A stretch of DNA of 64,000 nt from positions 22,010,001-22,074,000 of the forward strand of contig OX597830.1 of the NCBI GenBank assembly GCA_951406725.2. The letters are read 5' to 3'. The DNA is from Octopus vulgaris (lineage: Eukaryota). The position numbers were made by a program, and so were the translations under genes. The notes below the pieces were generated by a model. That model made no database searches and was not told the DNA's origin. It was given only the letters and a program-made list of their open reading frames with translations. Below are positions 12,223 through 25,654 of the stretch, one piece after another; the stretch's first letter is position 1, and every line of letters begins with the position of its first letter.

Positions 12223-13861
12223 CATGTGTGTGTGTGTGTACTTTTAGCACTTTGCATCTGTGTGAGAGGTTCTCTCAGGAAGACTACTGAAGTATTGGAC
12301 ATTGTAACAATTTGTCCACATTGATTAGGTAATATACAGGATGCAGTGAATAAACTGTCATCTAAATTACGTAAAAATGAAAATATCACTGACACGGACG
12401 TTAAACGATGATGATGATGATGATGATCTCATTTTAACAGATATGTTTACCAAAGTAAAAGATAATAAATAAAAGGAACATTTTACTTGTAATGGTCTTT
12501 TACAAGTTTAATAGCTACAGAAAAAGTTTATGGATACTAAAATTTGAATAAAGAGGTTATTTTATATTCATAAGTAATAACTTAATACACTAAAGTTACA
12601 GAAGCCTATTTCAGGTGATTGATTTCTCAGCAAACATTTTTTACTCCTGAATCATTCTTCAGTGCCAGGAATACATTTTGACAAACATCATAGCTGTTTC
12701 CTGCACCAGCTTCACATAGCAGCCCCAACCCATCCAAAGATTATGGATCGTAGGGCGACCTGCTGTGCTTGAGGAGACCTATTGAGTCAAGTACATCAAC
12801 ATCAAACTAAAAATCAGATGGAAATTGTCATTGTGATACCCATACCCGTGGCATATAAAAAGCACCGATCATGGCCGTTGCCAGCTTCCTCTGGCCCCTG
12901 TGCTGGTGGCACGTAAAAAGCACCCACTACACTCATGGAGTGGTTGGCATTAGGAAGGGCATCCAGCTGTAGAAACACTGCCAGATCAGAGTGGAGCTTG
13001 GTGCAGCCTCCTGGCTTCCCAGAACCTGGTTGAACCATCCAACACATGCTAGCATGGAAAACGGACGTTAAACGATGATGAAGAGAAGAAGAAGAAAACC
13101 CTACAAATGATCCCAAACAGAACAAAAGTCAACGAAATTCATACCTGCCTTAAATTGTCATCATTGTGGACTCTAGTTAAAAATAACCAATCTGCCTACA
13201 ACTCTATGAAAGTCCATTGTTTTGGGGATTAGTTGTATGGTCAGTGTACCAAAACTTTGTTACAAACTGGAAAGGAAAGATTTCCTTCCAACAATAATGG
13301 TACTATCGATCCAGCTCCAAGAAGCATTGTGATTAAGACAGTAGAGAAATTGATATCAAATGTGTTTCCGTAACCTACAATATCAATATTTAACACACAA
13401 GTAGCTGTGTGAAAGAGATATACTTGTGCCCAGAGCACTAAAATATTAGTCAACAGCAACAACTAGCAGCTGTTGCAGGCACCTCCAGGAAACAGTTTAC
13501 CTGCAAACCAATAGGTACAGGGTTAGGGTCTGGCGTTTACTGAATTTTCTTGAGAACAATCTTTTCTTGGTGGTCAGACCATATGGGGTCTACATTTAGC
13601 ATATTGGATGTCCACCTAGTGGTCATCTCTCTTATATCAGATTTTTTCTATATGCTAAGCCACTGGTTTAAATTGATATTAATCAGGAAGATTAATATCA
13701 ATTGTGGATCAGGAAGAAGTAATTCACTATCTTGCAGGATTTTAAACAATTCTTGGAAGTTGCTGCTGTGTAATTTAGATCTGTCACAGCTGTACAATGT
13801 CAGAAGTGTAATAGAAGCAATAATTAAGAAGCTTCTGCCACATGTTACACCAGAGGAGAAG

Positions 13862-14672
13862 ATCATCATCATCATCATCATCATCATCATCGTTTAACGT
13901 CCGTTTTCCGCGCTAGCACGGGTTGGACGGTTCGACCGGGGTCTGGGAAGCCAGGGGATGCACCAGGCTCCAGTCTGATCTGGCAGTGTTTCTACAGCTG
14001 GATGCCCTTCCTAACGCCAATCACTCCGCGAGTGTAGTGGGTGCTTTTTACGTGCCACCTGCACAGGTGCCAGGGGAGTCTGGCATCGGCCACGATCGGG
14101 TGGTGCTTTTAACGTGCCACCGGCACGGAAGCCAGCCAAGGCGGTGCTGGCATCGGCCACGTTCGGATGGTGCTTTTTATGTGCCACTGGCACAGAAGCC
14201 AGTGGAGGCGGCGCTGGCATCAGCCACGTTCGGATGGTGCTTTTTATGTGCCACCGGCACAGAAGCCAGTGGAGGCGGCGCTGGCATCGGCCACGTTTGG
14301 TTGGTGCTTTTTATGTGCCACCGGCACAGGTATCACAACTACTATTTCCATTGATATTTGTTTCAATGTTCATGTACATGCACTTGACTCAACAGGTCTC
14401 CTCAAGCACAGCGAGATGTTTTGGGATTCAAGGTACTTTGAATGGGCAGGGGCTATGCGGAACTGGTGCCAGAAGCATCCCGGGTCTTTGCAGTCACAGC
14501 ACATCTCCAGAGATCTCGGTCCTTCGCCATTGCCTCAGTGAGGCCCAACGCTCTGAGGTCATGCTTGACTACCTCATCCCATGTCTTCCTGGGTCTACCT
14601 CTCCCCCTGATTCCTTCAACTGTTTGGGAGCGGCACTTCTTCACACATCTCTCCTCATCCATCCGCAGTACA
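13862..14672 (-). mobile_element. RTE-like LINE 3' end with internal ~60-bp tandem units in the 3' UTR
   Basis: ORF 14453..14722 has RGRGRPRKTWDEVVKHDL...DRDLWR. Repeated GGTGCTTTTTATGTGCCACCGGCAC units at about 14040-14330. (GAT)n tail at about 13862-13890. Confidence 0.85.
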
Positions 14673-14690
14673 TGACACACAGACATGCAT

Positions 14691-14726
<36 letters not shown>

Positions 14727-15488
14727 TCATATTGTATTATTCAGCATTCTATTCCTACCAACAGATGTGCTCTTTTGATTTAGAAGACTTTGGTTGTCAG
14801 TACATCTCAGCTTTACTGTGTCACTTAATAAATCCCAACAACAAACATTTACCAATTGTTGGGCTTCAGGAATCCTGCTTTAATCATGACTAATTTTATG
14901 TGGCACATTCAAGAGTTAAAAATATCCTGTAATTTCATTAGGTTCTTGCTTGTAACATCAAAAGCATTGTGCATCCTTAGATGCTTACTTAAGTGTTCAG
15001 AATTCCCAAGGCTTTATCAGATACATTTCTAAGCTGGGGCTCATCGCAATTCTTAATATCATTTCTTTATCATTGCATGTATTGTAGTTCCAATTTGGAT
15101 AAGCATAGGGTATCTTGTATTGTTCCTAATCAATTTTGAAAGAACTTCTTCATAACTTTCATATCCAGGTCAAACATGTGTGTGTGTGGTTATATGGTTT
15201 CAAAATGCTTAGCAGCATTTTGTCTGGCATGCTAACGATTCTGCCAGCTCGTCACCTTACACACACACACACACAGATTAATAGTAATAATCCTCTGAAA
15301 TTCAGGGGAGGGTACTAGTTGATTATATCAACCCCAGGGCTCCACTGGTACTTAATTTATTGACCCTGAAAGGATGAAAGCTAAAGTTGATCATGGAGAA
15401 ATTTTAACTCAGAATGTAGCGATGGGCGAAATACCGCTAACCATTTCATCCAGCATGCTAATGGTTCTGCCATCTTGCCACCTTACAC

Positions 15489-15573
<85 letters not shown>

Positions 15574-16022
15574 CTGAGCAAAAGATCTGGAAATAGAAAT
15601 TAGCAAAATGTGGAACCTGAAGACTAAAACAATACTTATTGTCGTAGGTGCCCTAGGAATGATAGCAAAAGGGGCTGATTGCTACCTAGCTCAGATACTA
15701 GGAAACCCCAAAATGGCAGAAATTCAAAAGATAGTGCTCATGGGAACTGCCCATATTCTACGTAAAATACTGTCTATGTAATCTCAAATTTTAAAACAAA
15801 CACAATTTTCTTATGGTTTATTAGACATTCTCTAGAACAACACTATGTACAAAACCAAATATATGGCACCCTAGGCATAACACCAACATGAACTTCCAAC
15901 TTGTTGCCTCTTGAGGTCTCTGGGTGAGACTTGGAGCCAACTTGTACAAATGTAAAGCAAAAGTCAAACATAAAAATAATAATAATAATAATAACAATAA
16001 TAATGATAATAATAATAATAAT
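15489..16022 (+). mobile_element. 3' end of an RLE-type (R4/Dong-like) non-LTR element flanked by (TAA)n
   Basis: Translation DLEIEISKMWNLKTKTILIVVGALGMI...IQKIVLMGTAHILRKILSM* resembles the restriction-like endonuclease C-terminus. (TAA)n lies on both sides. Confidence 0.7.
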
Positions 16023-16710
16023 CATCCAACATACATAATTCAAGCAGGCATAATATTTTTCTTTTTAGTAGCAGCAACAGAACATGATTTTTATTATAAT
16101 AATTTCTGTTATATATAATTATATGACAATAAAAGTATTTATACATATAATTTATAGAAATATTTTAATCGAAAATTTTGAAGTTAGTTAATTTATTTAA
16201 TTAACTGTAATAGGGTTGCTGCTTTGATATCAAAATTTCCTAAAATAAAAGTAAAGTGAAAATTAACCCTTGGTTAGATGACAACTAATTCATTTGGTGA
16301 TTTGACAAGCATGGCAGCCACAGTACCACCAAGCGATTGCAATATTCATATTCAAAATAAGCGTTCCATTGTTTATACGTTACGTCTATTTTTGATAATG
16401 TATAGCAATTAATATCGGTTGTGTTGTATCCTCATAAAAACCCCTTCTTTGCTTGTTTTTTATAGTATATGTGTGTGTGTGTGTGTGTAAAGAGAGAGAG
16501 AGAAAAGATGTGAAATTGTGTGTGTTTACATGTTGAATTCTGAGTATTATGAAGCATATAGAAATATGTGTTGATATATGCACCTGTGTGTGTGTGTGTG
16601 TGTGTATGTGTGTGTGTGTATGTGTGTGTATGTGTGTGTGTGTGTATGTGTGTGTGTGTGTGTGTGTACCGGGCAACCCATTGACAAATCACACAAGAGT
16701 GCTGAACTAG

Positions 16711-16927
16711 TTATTGATAACCCTGTAAACGCAGCACTGTAGGGTAGCGTTCTCGCATTGGAAGGCATTTCTGCCTGTCGATAAAAATGGAATTTATCTT
16801 GTTTGAAATTTCTTTCTCTAAACACATCCTTGTGTCTTGCAGGTTCTTGAGAGAATTCTGAGCTTCCATCAGTTTCTTTTTCAGGGTTGTAATGGAAGTG
16901 TTAATTTCATCAACTTCTTGGATTAAT
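16711..16927 (-). CDS. TEKT4: Tektin exon 7 (last coding exon, TAA stop)
   Basis: tatctag acceptor; LIQEVDEINTSITTLKKKLMEAQNSLKNLQDTRMCLEKEISNKINSIFIDRQKCLPMRERYPTVLRLQGYQ*. Confidence 0.92.
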
Positions 16928-18242
16928 CTAGATATAAAAAAAGAGAGAGAGAAAAAATTAGAAAAATTCTGAATTTATACTATTATCATTATCATCATCA
17001 TCATCACCATTGTCATTGTTATGTCTTCGGTGGTTTGAGTTCCTCATCACCAATAATGTTGGGGTGTGCACAAGGGTTGAGGAATAGTATTATCCAAATA
17101 AATATTTGGACATGGTTATCTAGCAGTAACTATTTGACTATGAGTACATAAAGTACACAAGCGGCCCTCAAAAGACTTTCTGTGATTAAAGTGGCTTGCA
17201 ATGTAATTTGAGTTGGCCAGGTCTGGTTTAGTCAAACAAATCAACCGCAGTACTCATCATTTTAAAGCCTGGTACCTATTCTATCAGTCTCTTTTGTTGA
17301 ACTGCTATGTTATAGGGATGTAAGCAAACCAACACCAGTTGCCAAGTGGTGGTCGCAGACAAATACAATCACAAAAAAAGCACAGACAATGAACTTCTAC
17401 AGCTGGTGACTGTAGTGGGTGTACCCCGTCTGACCTGTTTACTTCAGAATTCGTTGAAGATAGTCATGCCTGAGATGTATTATGACCCAGCCTTGGCATC
17501 TGCAGACTGAATAGCAAAATAAGTCCAACATCACCATGCACATCTCCTTCCCCATATAACTACCATTCCTTCCTCTCTTTCTATCGTCATCTCCACTTCC
17601 TCCCCACCAAATACACACAGAAAATACCCACATAACTCAGCCAAAAGGAATAAACATTTCTCTAGTAAACATCCATTAATGTTGTATCACCTGAAGAAAT
17701 GAGTCCATGAAGATGACCAACCTGATGTCCAAAGATGCTATGGACTACACTGTAATCATGCCAGGAATATGGACCGTGATCTTAAGAGACATGAACTTAA
17801 GAGATTTGTGGAAACATGAATAACAATGCATTAAATGTTTATAAATTCCAACCAAAGATTATTGTTATTATTGCTATATGTATGTGTGTGTGTGTATATC
17901 AGCCGAAATTGCATGGATGATCCGGTTCTTGACTGTAGATTGAAGGCTTCGAATGTCCCATCCGTGTTTTTTGTGTCGTCATCAAAATGTTTTGCGTTCT
18001 TATCCCAGTTTGTAATATTTATACATATATATATTCTTTTTCTTTTCTTTTTGCTTGTTTCAGTCATTGGACTGCAGCCATGCTGGAGCGCCACCTTTAG
18101 CCGAACAAATCGACCCCAGGACTTATTCTTTGTAAGCCTAGTACTTATTATATCGGTCTCTTTTGCTGAACCACTAAGTTATGGGGACGTAAACACACCA
18201 GCATCAGTTGTGAAGCGATGGTGGGGGGACAAACAGACACAA

Positions 18243-18331
<89 letters not shown>

Positions 18332-18532
18332 TACAATGGGCTTCTTTCAGTTTCCGTTTACCAAATCCACTCACAAGGCTTTGGTTGACCCAAGGCTATA
18401 GTAGAAGACACTTGCCCAAGGTGCCACACAGTGGGACTGAACCCAGAACCATGTGATTGGTAAACAAACTACTTACCACACATCCACTCCTGCATTTTAT
18501 ACACATATATATATATATATATATATACATAC

Positions 18533-18566
<34 letters not shown>

Positions 18567-18944
18567 GGGACAAGAACGCAAAACATCCAGCGAGATGACA
18601 CAACAAAGGGACAAGGAAAAACACGGACATCCGGAGTTTTGTTTTGTCAGTCAAGTTAGACTTCTTTCTGTTTCTGTCTACCAAAATATACAAAGCTTTG
18701 GTCAGCTCAGGACAACAGTACAAGACACTTCCCCAAGTGAGACTGAACCCATGACTACAATGTTGGGAAGCAAGCTTCCTAATAGTACAACCACAGCTGT
18801 GTCTATCTTGCATGTGATGTGCAACGTACCAAATGAAGTACATCATTCGAAAAGTGTGAGCAATATTTTAGAGAAGTGAATGTGCTTTTTTTCTTTTTCT
18901 TTCTTTCTTTCTTTCTTTCTTTTTTGTTGTTGTTATACTCCTTA

Positions 18945-19321
18945 CTCTTTTACTCTTTTACTTGTTTCAGTCATTTGACTGCGGCCATGCTGGAGCACCG
19001 CCTTTAATCGAGCAACTCGACCCCGGGACTTATTCTTTTGTAAGCCCAGTACTTATTTTATCGGTCTCTTTTGCTGAACCGCTAAGTAACGGGGACATAA
19101 ACACACCAGCATCGGTTGTCAAGCAATGCTAGGGGGACAAACACAGACTCATATATATGACGGGCTTCTTTCAGTTTCCGTCTACCAAATCCACTCACAA
19201 GGCTTTGGTCGGCCCGAGCCTATAGTAGAAGACATTTGCCCAAGGTGCCACGCAGTGGGACTGAACCCGGAACCATGTGGTTGGTAAACAAGCTACCTAC
19301 CACACAGCCACTCCTGTGCCT
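18945..19321 (-). mobile_element. tRNA-derived SINE, family A (most abundant SINE in the window)
   Basis: Head GGAGTGGCTGTGTGGT...GGTTCAGTCCC (A/B boxes), internal (CA)/(TA) tract and GTAAAAGA-type tail. Copies at about 18051-18493, 32380-32815, 33565-33943, 46375-46790, 48767-49165, 51050-51430 and 57915-58285, plus fragments. Confidence 0.85.
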
Positions 19322-19644
19322 ATGGATTTAAAAATTTATTTTTCATTGTAAAGTGTAAATATATCAATAAAGAACTTTGATACAGTAGCAGATTCGAAAC
19401 TGAACTGACAAATTGCCAAGGAAAAGCCACAGTTTAGTAATAGCCAGTCACGTAATCAGTTAACTAACCAATCAGCATCAAAACATCACATGATGCAACT
19501 TTCTATCTAGAACCTTCTAGGATGCACTCATTGCTTGAGAATACAAACACTTTAAAAAACAAGGTATTTGAATATAGATTTAGAAATATTTGAGAAACAT
19601 CAAATACCTTGGGACAGAAGTAATTTAACTTTTAACAAACATAC

Positions 19645-19799
19645 CCAATTTGGATGCCATCTCTACACAGCTCAACTCCTGGACGGCGAGACCTTGCATC
19701 AAGGCGGGTTTGAGCAACTTTTAGAGGATCTTCCTTGTCTCTGATAGCCTTCAGCAGACCTTCAATATTTTTCTCTTCATCAGAAATTTCTTGACATAC
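19645..19799 (-). CDS. TEKT4: Tektin exon 6 (contains tektin signature)
   Basis: ttttccag acceptor, GTATGT donor; VCQEISDEEKNIEGLLKAIRDKEDPLKVAQTRLDARSRRPGVELCRDGIQIG. Confidence 0.93.
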
Positions 19800-20068
19800 C
19801 TGGAAAAAAAAAAAAATCAACACCATTTTTCTAGTTTAGTTAAAAATTTAAGAAGATCGCATGTCTCTTTTACTCTTTTACTTGTTTCAGTCATTTGACT
19901 GCGGCCATGCTGGAGCACCGCCTTTAGTCGAGCAAATCAACCCCAGGACTTATTCTTTGTAAGCCTAGTATTTATTCTATCGGTCTCTTTTGCCGAACCA
20001 CTAAGTTGAAGACAATAACTACACCAACACTTGAGTTACCAAATATTTTATTAACTTGCATCATTATA

Positions 20069-20278
20069 ATACAGTTCTATATTTAAGAGATTAAGAATTA
20101 TGTACATTATTTACATTTGATGGATATTTGTCCTCATCTTGTTTGTTGTTCACACAACATTTCAGCTGTTATACCCTCCAGCCTTCATCAGGTGTCTTGG
20201 GGAAATTTCGAACCTGGGTTCTCATTCCTAAGGTATTTTTTTATGTTGTTGTTGTTGTCATTATTATTATCATTATTA

Positions 20279-20323
<45 letters not shown>

Positions 20324-20419
20324 TCACTGCCTGGAATTGAACTTGGAATCTTAGGGTTTGTAGTGGTTAAGAGCATGGGCTACTAACCCCAAGATTCCGA
20401 GTTCGATTCCAGGCAGTGA

Positions 20420-20491
<72 letters not shown>

Positions 20492-20658
20492 CAACAACAA
20501 CAACAACAACATCGAAAAATACCTTAGAAATGAAAACCTAGGTTCGAAATTTCCCCAAGACACTGATGAAGGCTGGAGGGTATAACAGCCAAAACATTAT
20601 GTTAACAACAAACAAGATGAAGACAAATATCTGTCAAATGTAAATAATGTAAATAATC
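20069..20658. mobile_element. Head-to-head inverted dimer of the tRNA-head/hammerhead SINE (family D) with 12-bp target-site duplication
   Basis: About 20077-20357 (-) and 20361-20657 (+) are reverse complements of each other and match 34021..34275. TGCATCATTATA flanks both sides (20057-20068, 20659-20670). Confidence 0.85.
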
Positions 20659-21320
20659 TGCATCATTATATTTACAAATGCACATTCAGTAAATTAATGG
20701 TTCAATGTTCAATGAATATAATGTTTAACTTACTAGGAAATCAATGTGTTACAGGACGCTAGAACTAAAGACTAGTGCTTGTTTTCTACTACAACATAAG
20801 CATGTTACTTAAAAGTGAAAATGGAGTAGAGAACAACTCATTGCAATAAGTGACATAGATTGGCCCTAAACGTCTTAGCAACTCTCTGGCCTGAGGTTGA
20901 ATTAGCCAGAACAGACGAGAGAATATCATATAGGGGGGAAAAGAATCATGACTTATATAAACCTGAAGTAGCTTTGTTCAAAGTTGAATTTGCTTGCCTA
21001 TTTATCACTGCTGACCTAAAACCTACAATCTTCCATAGACCTTTTGGTAGGAAGATTTCAGCTCGCCAATCAATCTGATTGGCTGAGCCACAATTGTGTG
21101 AGCTTAATGGCTTTTATACTAGCCATGGTTCAAAGCTGAGAAATATGAATGCAATGGTTCAAAGCTGAGAAATATGAATGCAATGGTTCAAAACTCGGCT
21201 GGGGTCTTGCTATACTGGTAACAGAATTGTATTTTTAACATTATTATGCAGTCAAAATCTCTTTGGAAATAAGAGCCACTTAATGGACTTTCCACTGAGA
21301 GAGGTAAAATGAATAAATAC

Positions 21321-21543
21321 CTTCTTCAAATGGCTTTCATGTCTAAATTTGGCATCATCAAGTTCTTGCAGACGTTTCTGGAAAGCAGACTGTACGATAT
21401 TATTCTGCTCAAACAGGTCTCTGGAAGTATCCTCCAAGATGTTCTTTGCACATTCTCGCAACTGAATGGATGACTTTCGCTCATTTTCAGCCAGAATTAT
21501 GTTGTCATGGGTGAACTGTGCCCAAGATTCAGGAGTTGATTGT
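21321..21543 (-). CDS. TEKT4: Tektin exon 5
   Basis: cattgaag acceptor, GTATTT donor; QSTPESWAQFTHDNIILAENERKSSIQLRECAKNILEDTSRDL...HESHLKK. Confidence 0.92.
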
Positions 21544-21613
21544 CTTCAATGAAATAAAAATGTATATATTTATATGTATACATACATATATACAAAATTA
21601 TATAATAGAGAGA

Positions 21614-22827
21614 TTGGGTCATCCCATAAATAATGCAGTTTTTTCAATGCATGAACTAAAAGTTGGAGGGGAACAGAATAAACTACCTGCATCAACATGC
21701 TACAAAGGCAGGTAGTAATTTCACCTTGTCCTTATTCTTAATGCAAATTTTGAAAAATGCAGTTCAATTTTAACAGTTATTTTTTCAAAGCTTTAATGGA
21801 AGTGACAAAGGAGCATATTCGGCATATTTTGCTTTATGAGTTTAAAAAAGGCAACAATGCAACGGAAAGTGCAAGGAATATTAATGCAGTATATGGGGAT
21901 CAGACAATAAGCATAAGCCAGTATCAACGGTGGTTCCAGAAATTCTGAGCTAGAAATTACACTCTAGAAGATGAGCTTCATCCTGGAAGATATGTAGAGT
22001 TCAACGAGGACGTCCTGCAAACCCCGGTGGAACAAAATCCCATTGTAACTGTTGAGGAACTAGCAGAGAAGCTTGAATTTGGTCATTCAACTAGCCATTG
22101 ACACCCATGTGCCATTGGAAAAGTCAGTGAATTAGGTCACTGGGTTCCTCACAAATTTTCTGAGTTTAATCATGTGCAGAGAGTAAATATGTGCTCTTCT
22201 TTGCTGTCACATCTCGAACAAACCATTTTTGGACCAAATAGTGACTGGTAACAAGAAATGGGTTCTCTATAAAAATGTCAAGTGCCAATGACAACGGGTT
22301 GGGAAAGGAGAAACACTGGCACCACAGGCTAAAGAAGGTCTTCATCCATGTAAGTTGTTATCTGTTTGGTGGGATATGAAAGGTTTAGTCCACTTTGAAC
22401 TTTTACATCCAAGCCAAATGATAACAAAGGAGATCTACTGTGAGCAGCTTGAGTGGCTTAAGTCAGCGCTAGAAGAAAAACAACCATCTTTGGTTTCAAG
22501 ATGAAAGCTGTTCTTCCATCAGGATAATGCTCAGCCACATACAGATATTGCCTCATCTGATCATCATTTATCTCACTGTCTTCGAAATCATTTGGACAAA
22601 AAAAAATATGAATTCTGTTGATGAGGTCATAACAGTATTCAAGGAGTATTTTTCATCATGGACAAGGGAATTTTGGAAGAGGGGGCCTTGCAAGTCTACC
22701 AGATAGACAGAAGAGCATTGTAGAAAATGACAGAGAGTATATTTTAGAATAAAAAAGAAATTTGTTCATCTTAATTTTGAAAAATAAAAGACGTATACAA
22801 AACCAAAATATTTATGGGATGATCCAA
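21614..22827 (+). mobile_element. Degenerate near-full-length mariner transposon in tektin intron 4
   Basis: TIRs TTGGGTCATCCCATAAATA / TATTTATGGGATGATCCAA. MEVTKEHIRHILLYEFKKG...QRWFQKF, WVPHK, IVTGNKKWV and FHQDNA motifs, with stops. Confidence 0.88.
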
Positions 22828-25238
22828 TACAAACATCATATTTATGTATTTCTCCATAGACTGGAAAAAATGGCGAACAACTTTAATTGCATTGAGATTG
22901 TTAGTGGGGGTCAGAAGTGTTTACTTCACTTGAAGAATCCCAAAGAAACTATTAATCAATCTGTTTAAATACCCATAAAATCTTGTGACTCCTGAAAACT
23001 GAGGCTGCTAATTTGCATACTATAAGTGTTTAACACTTTATATAATATCAGGGACCTGTCAACAGGGAACCCAGTCCACACAGTATCAAGTTATGATATA
23101 GTGTGTGTGTGGTGACCACTTTCTTCTGTCATACTTATAACTGTGCTTAAATTTTAACCACTTGTCCTTAAATGTCCTTTCTCACTGATGTTTACATGTT
23201 CTGAGTAGCTGACTTCCATATTACTGTAATGTTTCTTGTCCTACATAAAAAAATATATAATGTTTGTCTGTCTCTTTTGCTTATCAGAAATACTGCAGCT
23301 ATCTATAGCATTTGGACTGCAAAAAAACAATAATAATCTTCAAATTTTGATGTAATGTTGTGGATATAAATTCAAGGAAGGTTACATTCCCTGTCAATAT
23401 TGGCACTGTTCTAAGGTGGTGAACTTGCAGAATCATTAGCATGCCCAATGAAATGCTTAATGGCAGTTTATCCAACTTTATGTTCTGAGTTCAAATTCTG
23501 CTGGGATCAACTTCACCTTTCATTCTTTCGGGGTCAATGCTTAATGGCATTTTATCCAACTTTATGTTCTGAGTTCAAATTCTGCTGGGATCAACTTCAC
23601 CTTTCATTCTTTCGGGGTCAATAAAATAAGTACAAGTTGAGCATTGGGGTCAATGAAGTCAACTTATCCCTCCCCTGAAATTGCTGGCTTTGTGCCAAAA
23701 TTTGGAATCAATATTGGTATTGTTCTAAATTTTAGTTAACCCTTAACATACTGTTGGAAATATTCTACATCAGCAACTCAATCCTGCAGTGATTTTGCTA
23801 CAGAAAAGAAATGAATGATACTTTAAACAGTGCCTTACTTTCTTCAGAATGAATTGTAAACGAAGTTAGTACAATTGTTGTGAAATCATTTATTTCAGGA
23901 TTGGCTGGCTGGCCAAAACAGTTCCATACAGTCCTGTGTCATACAGGAAGTTAAAAATTAAATACACTTCCTCCAGCAGAAGTAACCAGCAGTGCTTAGA
24001 TATTGCATAAACCTAACTTGAGACAGAATGATATGATTTGAAAGAGAATTATCTAATATGTCTTGCTAACACAGAGAGGCCTTGAGTTGTTTGTTAATAC
24101 ATACATATAAACCAACAAACAGTAGGATTGCTATTTATGAGGGAAATTTGGCTGCTATTGCTCAGATTTTGAGATACTACAGAAATATGCATTCTTTGAC
24201 TGAAATAGTAATGCATGATTTAAGGAAGAATTGGCTGTTATTTTTATCAAGTACACCAACAATATATTTGGCTCTTTCATTTGCTTACGCTTGCATACAT
24301 GCATAAGCTAGTTGGCTAAGATGCAAAGGGGATTTGGATGCTAAGGCTATCATGTAGTGGCTCCAACAACATTGAGTACACTGTGTAACTACCTAACATT
24401 TAAACTGGCATTCCATTGGTTATAATGTCGAGGGTTCTAGTTGAACCAATCAACGGAGCAGCCTGCTTGTGAAATTAACATGGAAGTGGCTGAGCACTCC
24501 ACAGACACGTGCTCCCTTAGTGTAGTTCTCAGGGAGATTGAAGCATGACACAGAATATGACAAGGCTGGCCCTTAGAATTACAGGTATAACTCGTTTTTG
24601 CCAGCTGAGTGGACTGGAGAAATGTGAAATAAAGTGTCTTGCTGAAGGACACAATGTATCACCAGTTTTTGAACTTATGATCATGAGCCAAAAGCCTAAC
24701 CAACTAAGCGACACACCGTCACAACTACCTTACTATATATATATCATCATCATCGTTTAACGTCTGTTCTCCATGCTAGCATGGGTTGGACAGTTCGACC
24801 GGGGATCTGGGAAGCCAGAAAGCTGCATCAGGCTCCAGTCTGATCTGGCAGTGTTTCTACAGCTGGATGCCCTTCCTAACACCAACCACTCCATGAGTGT
24901 AGTGGGTGCTTTTTACGTGCCACCTGCACAGGTGCCAGGTGATGCTGGCAATGGCCACTATCAGATTGGTGCATTTTTCATGCCACCGGCACGGAAGCCA
25001 GTCAAGGCGGCGCTGGCATCGGCCACGATTCAGATGGTGCTTTTTACGTGCCACTGGCACGGAAGCCAGTCAAGGCGGCAAGAAAATGGAGGAACAAATT
25101 CATTTCGATCATCAACTTACGGATATTTCAATTTCACATTGTTTATTAATTATACAAATAGGAACATGAAAATCGAACAAAACAATATACATCAATATGC
25201 AAATTAATAATAAAATAAAAATAATACAAATAAACTGC

Positions 25239-25370
25239 TCCTTATAGCTGTTTCAGCCTATGGTCAAGAGACAATCCAACTTAAATTGCTTATAGATGCC
25301 ATTGTAATATAATCCTAGGCATTAAAGATTATATTTGTCTGTTTAAATAACCAAAGGCCTCGTCAGAGGA
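25239..25370 (-). ncRNA. Type I hammerhead-like motif with long helix II insert (helix III mutated)
   Basis: TCCT-CTGACGA-GGCCTTTGGT...ACCATAGGCT-GAAA-CAGCTA-TA-AGGA. The related fragment at about 59864-59885 has the intact palindrome GAAACAGCTGTAAG. Confidence 0.55.
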
Positions 25371-25510
25371 TATACATAACTATAAAATTATAATAATAAT
25401 ATTGATATATGAAAAAAACATGCTACCCATACTATCCAATAAAAACAAAAAAATAAATAATAAGACATCAGATACCCAATATTTACACCACTGTAAAACC
25501 AAATACTTAC

Positions 25511-25654
25511 ATTTCCTGGAAATTAGCTGAACCAGGAAAGAACTGCTTGTTGGTGTGGTGGTTCCTCAGTATTGCACATCGACTGTCAATCTGTAGTGCC
25601 TCCTTTTTATCACTCCAATCCATCTCCATCTTTTGCTTTGTAAGACGGTTATTC
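25511..25654 (-). CDS. TEKT4: Tektin exon 4
   Basis: taccag acceptor, GTAAGT donor; NNRLTKQKMEMDWSDKKEALQIDSRCAILRNHHTNKQFFPGSANFQE. Confidence 0.92.

Noticed and set aside
13923-14893. Recurrent ORFs containing LAVFLQLDALPNANHS, suggesting a gene family
   Set aside because: Antisense translations of the RTE-like LINE 3' UTR, present in each copy.
17900-18656. Diverged inverted pair (about 17930-18010 and 18565-18655) as another hammerhead element
   Set aside because: No complete core or convincing helices could be built.
23454-23620. ~83-bp tandem duplication (also a 28-bp tandem at about 21125-21190)
   Set aside because: Ordinary local slippage duplications in a SINE or intron, with no further structure.
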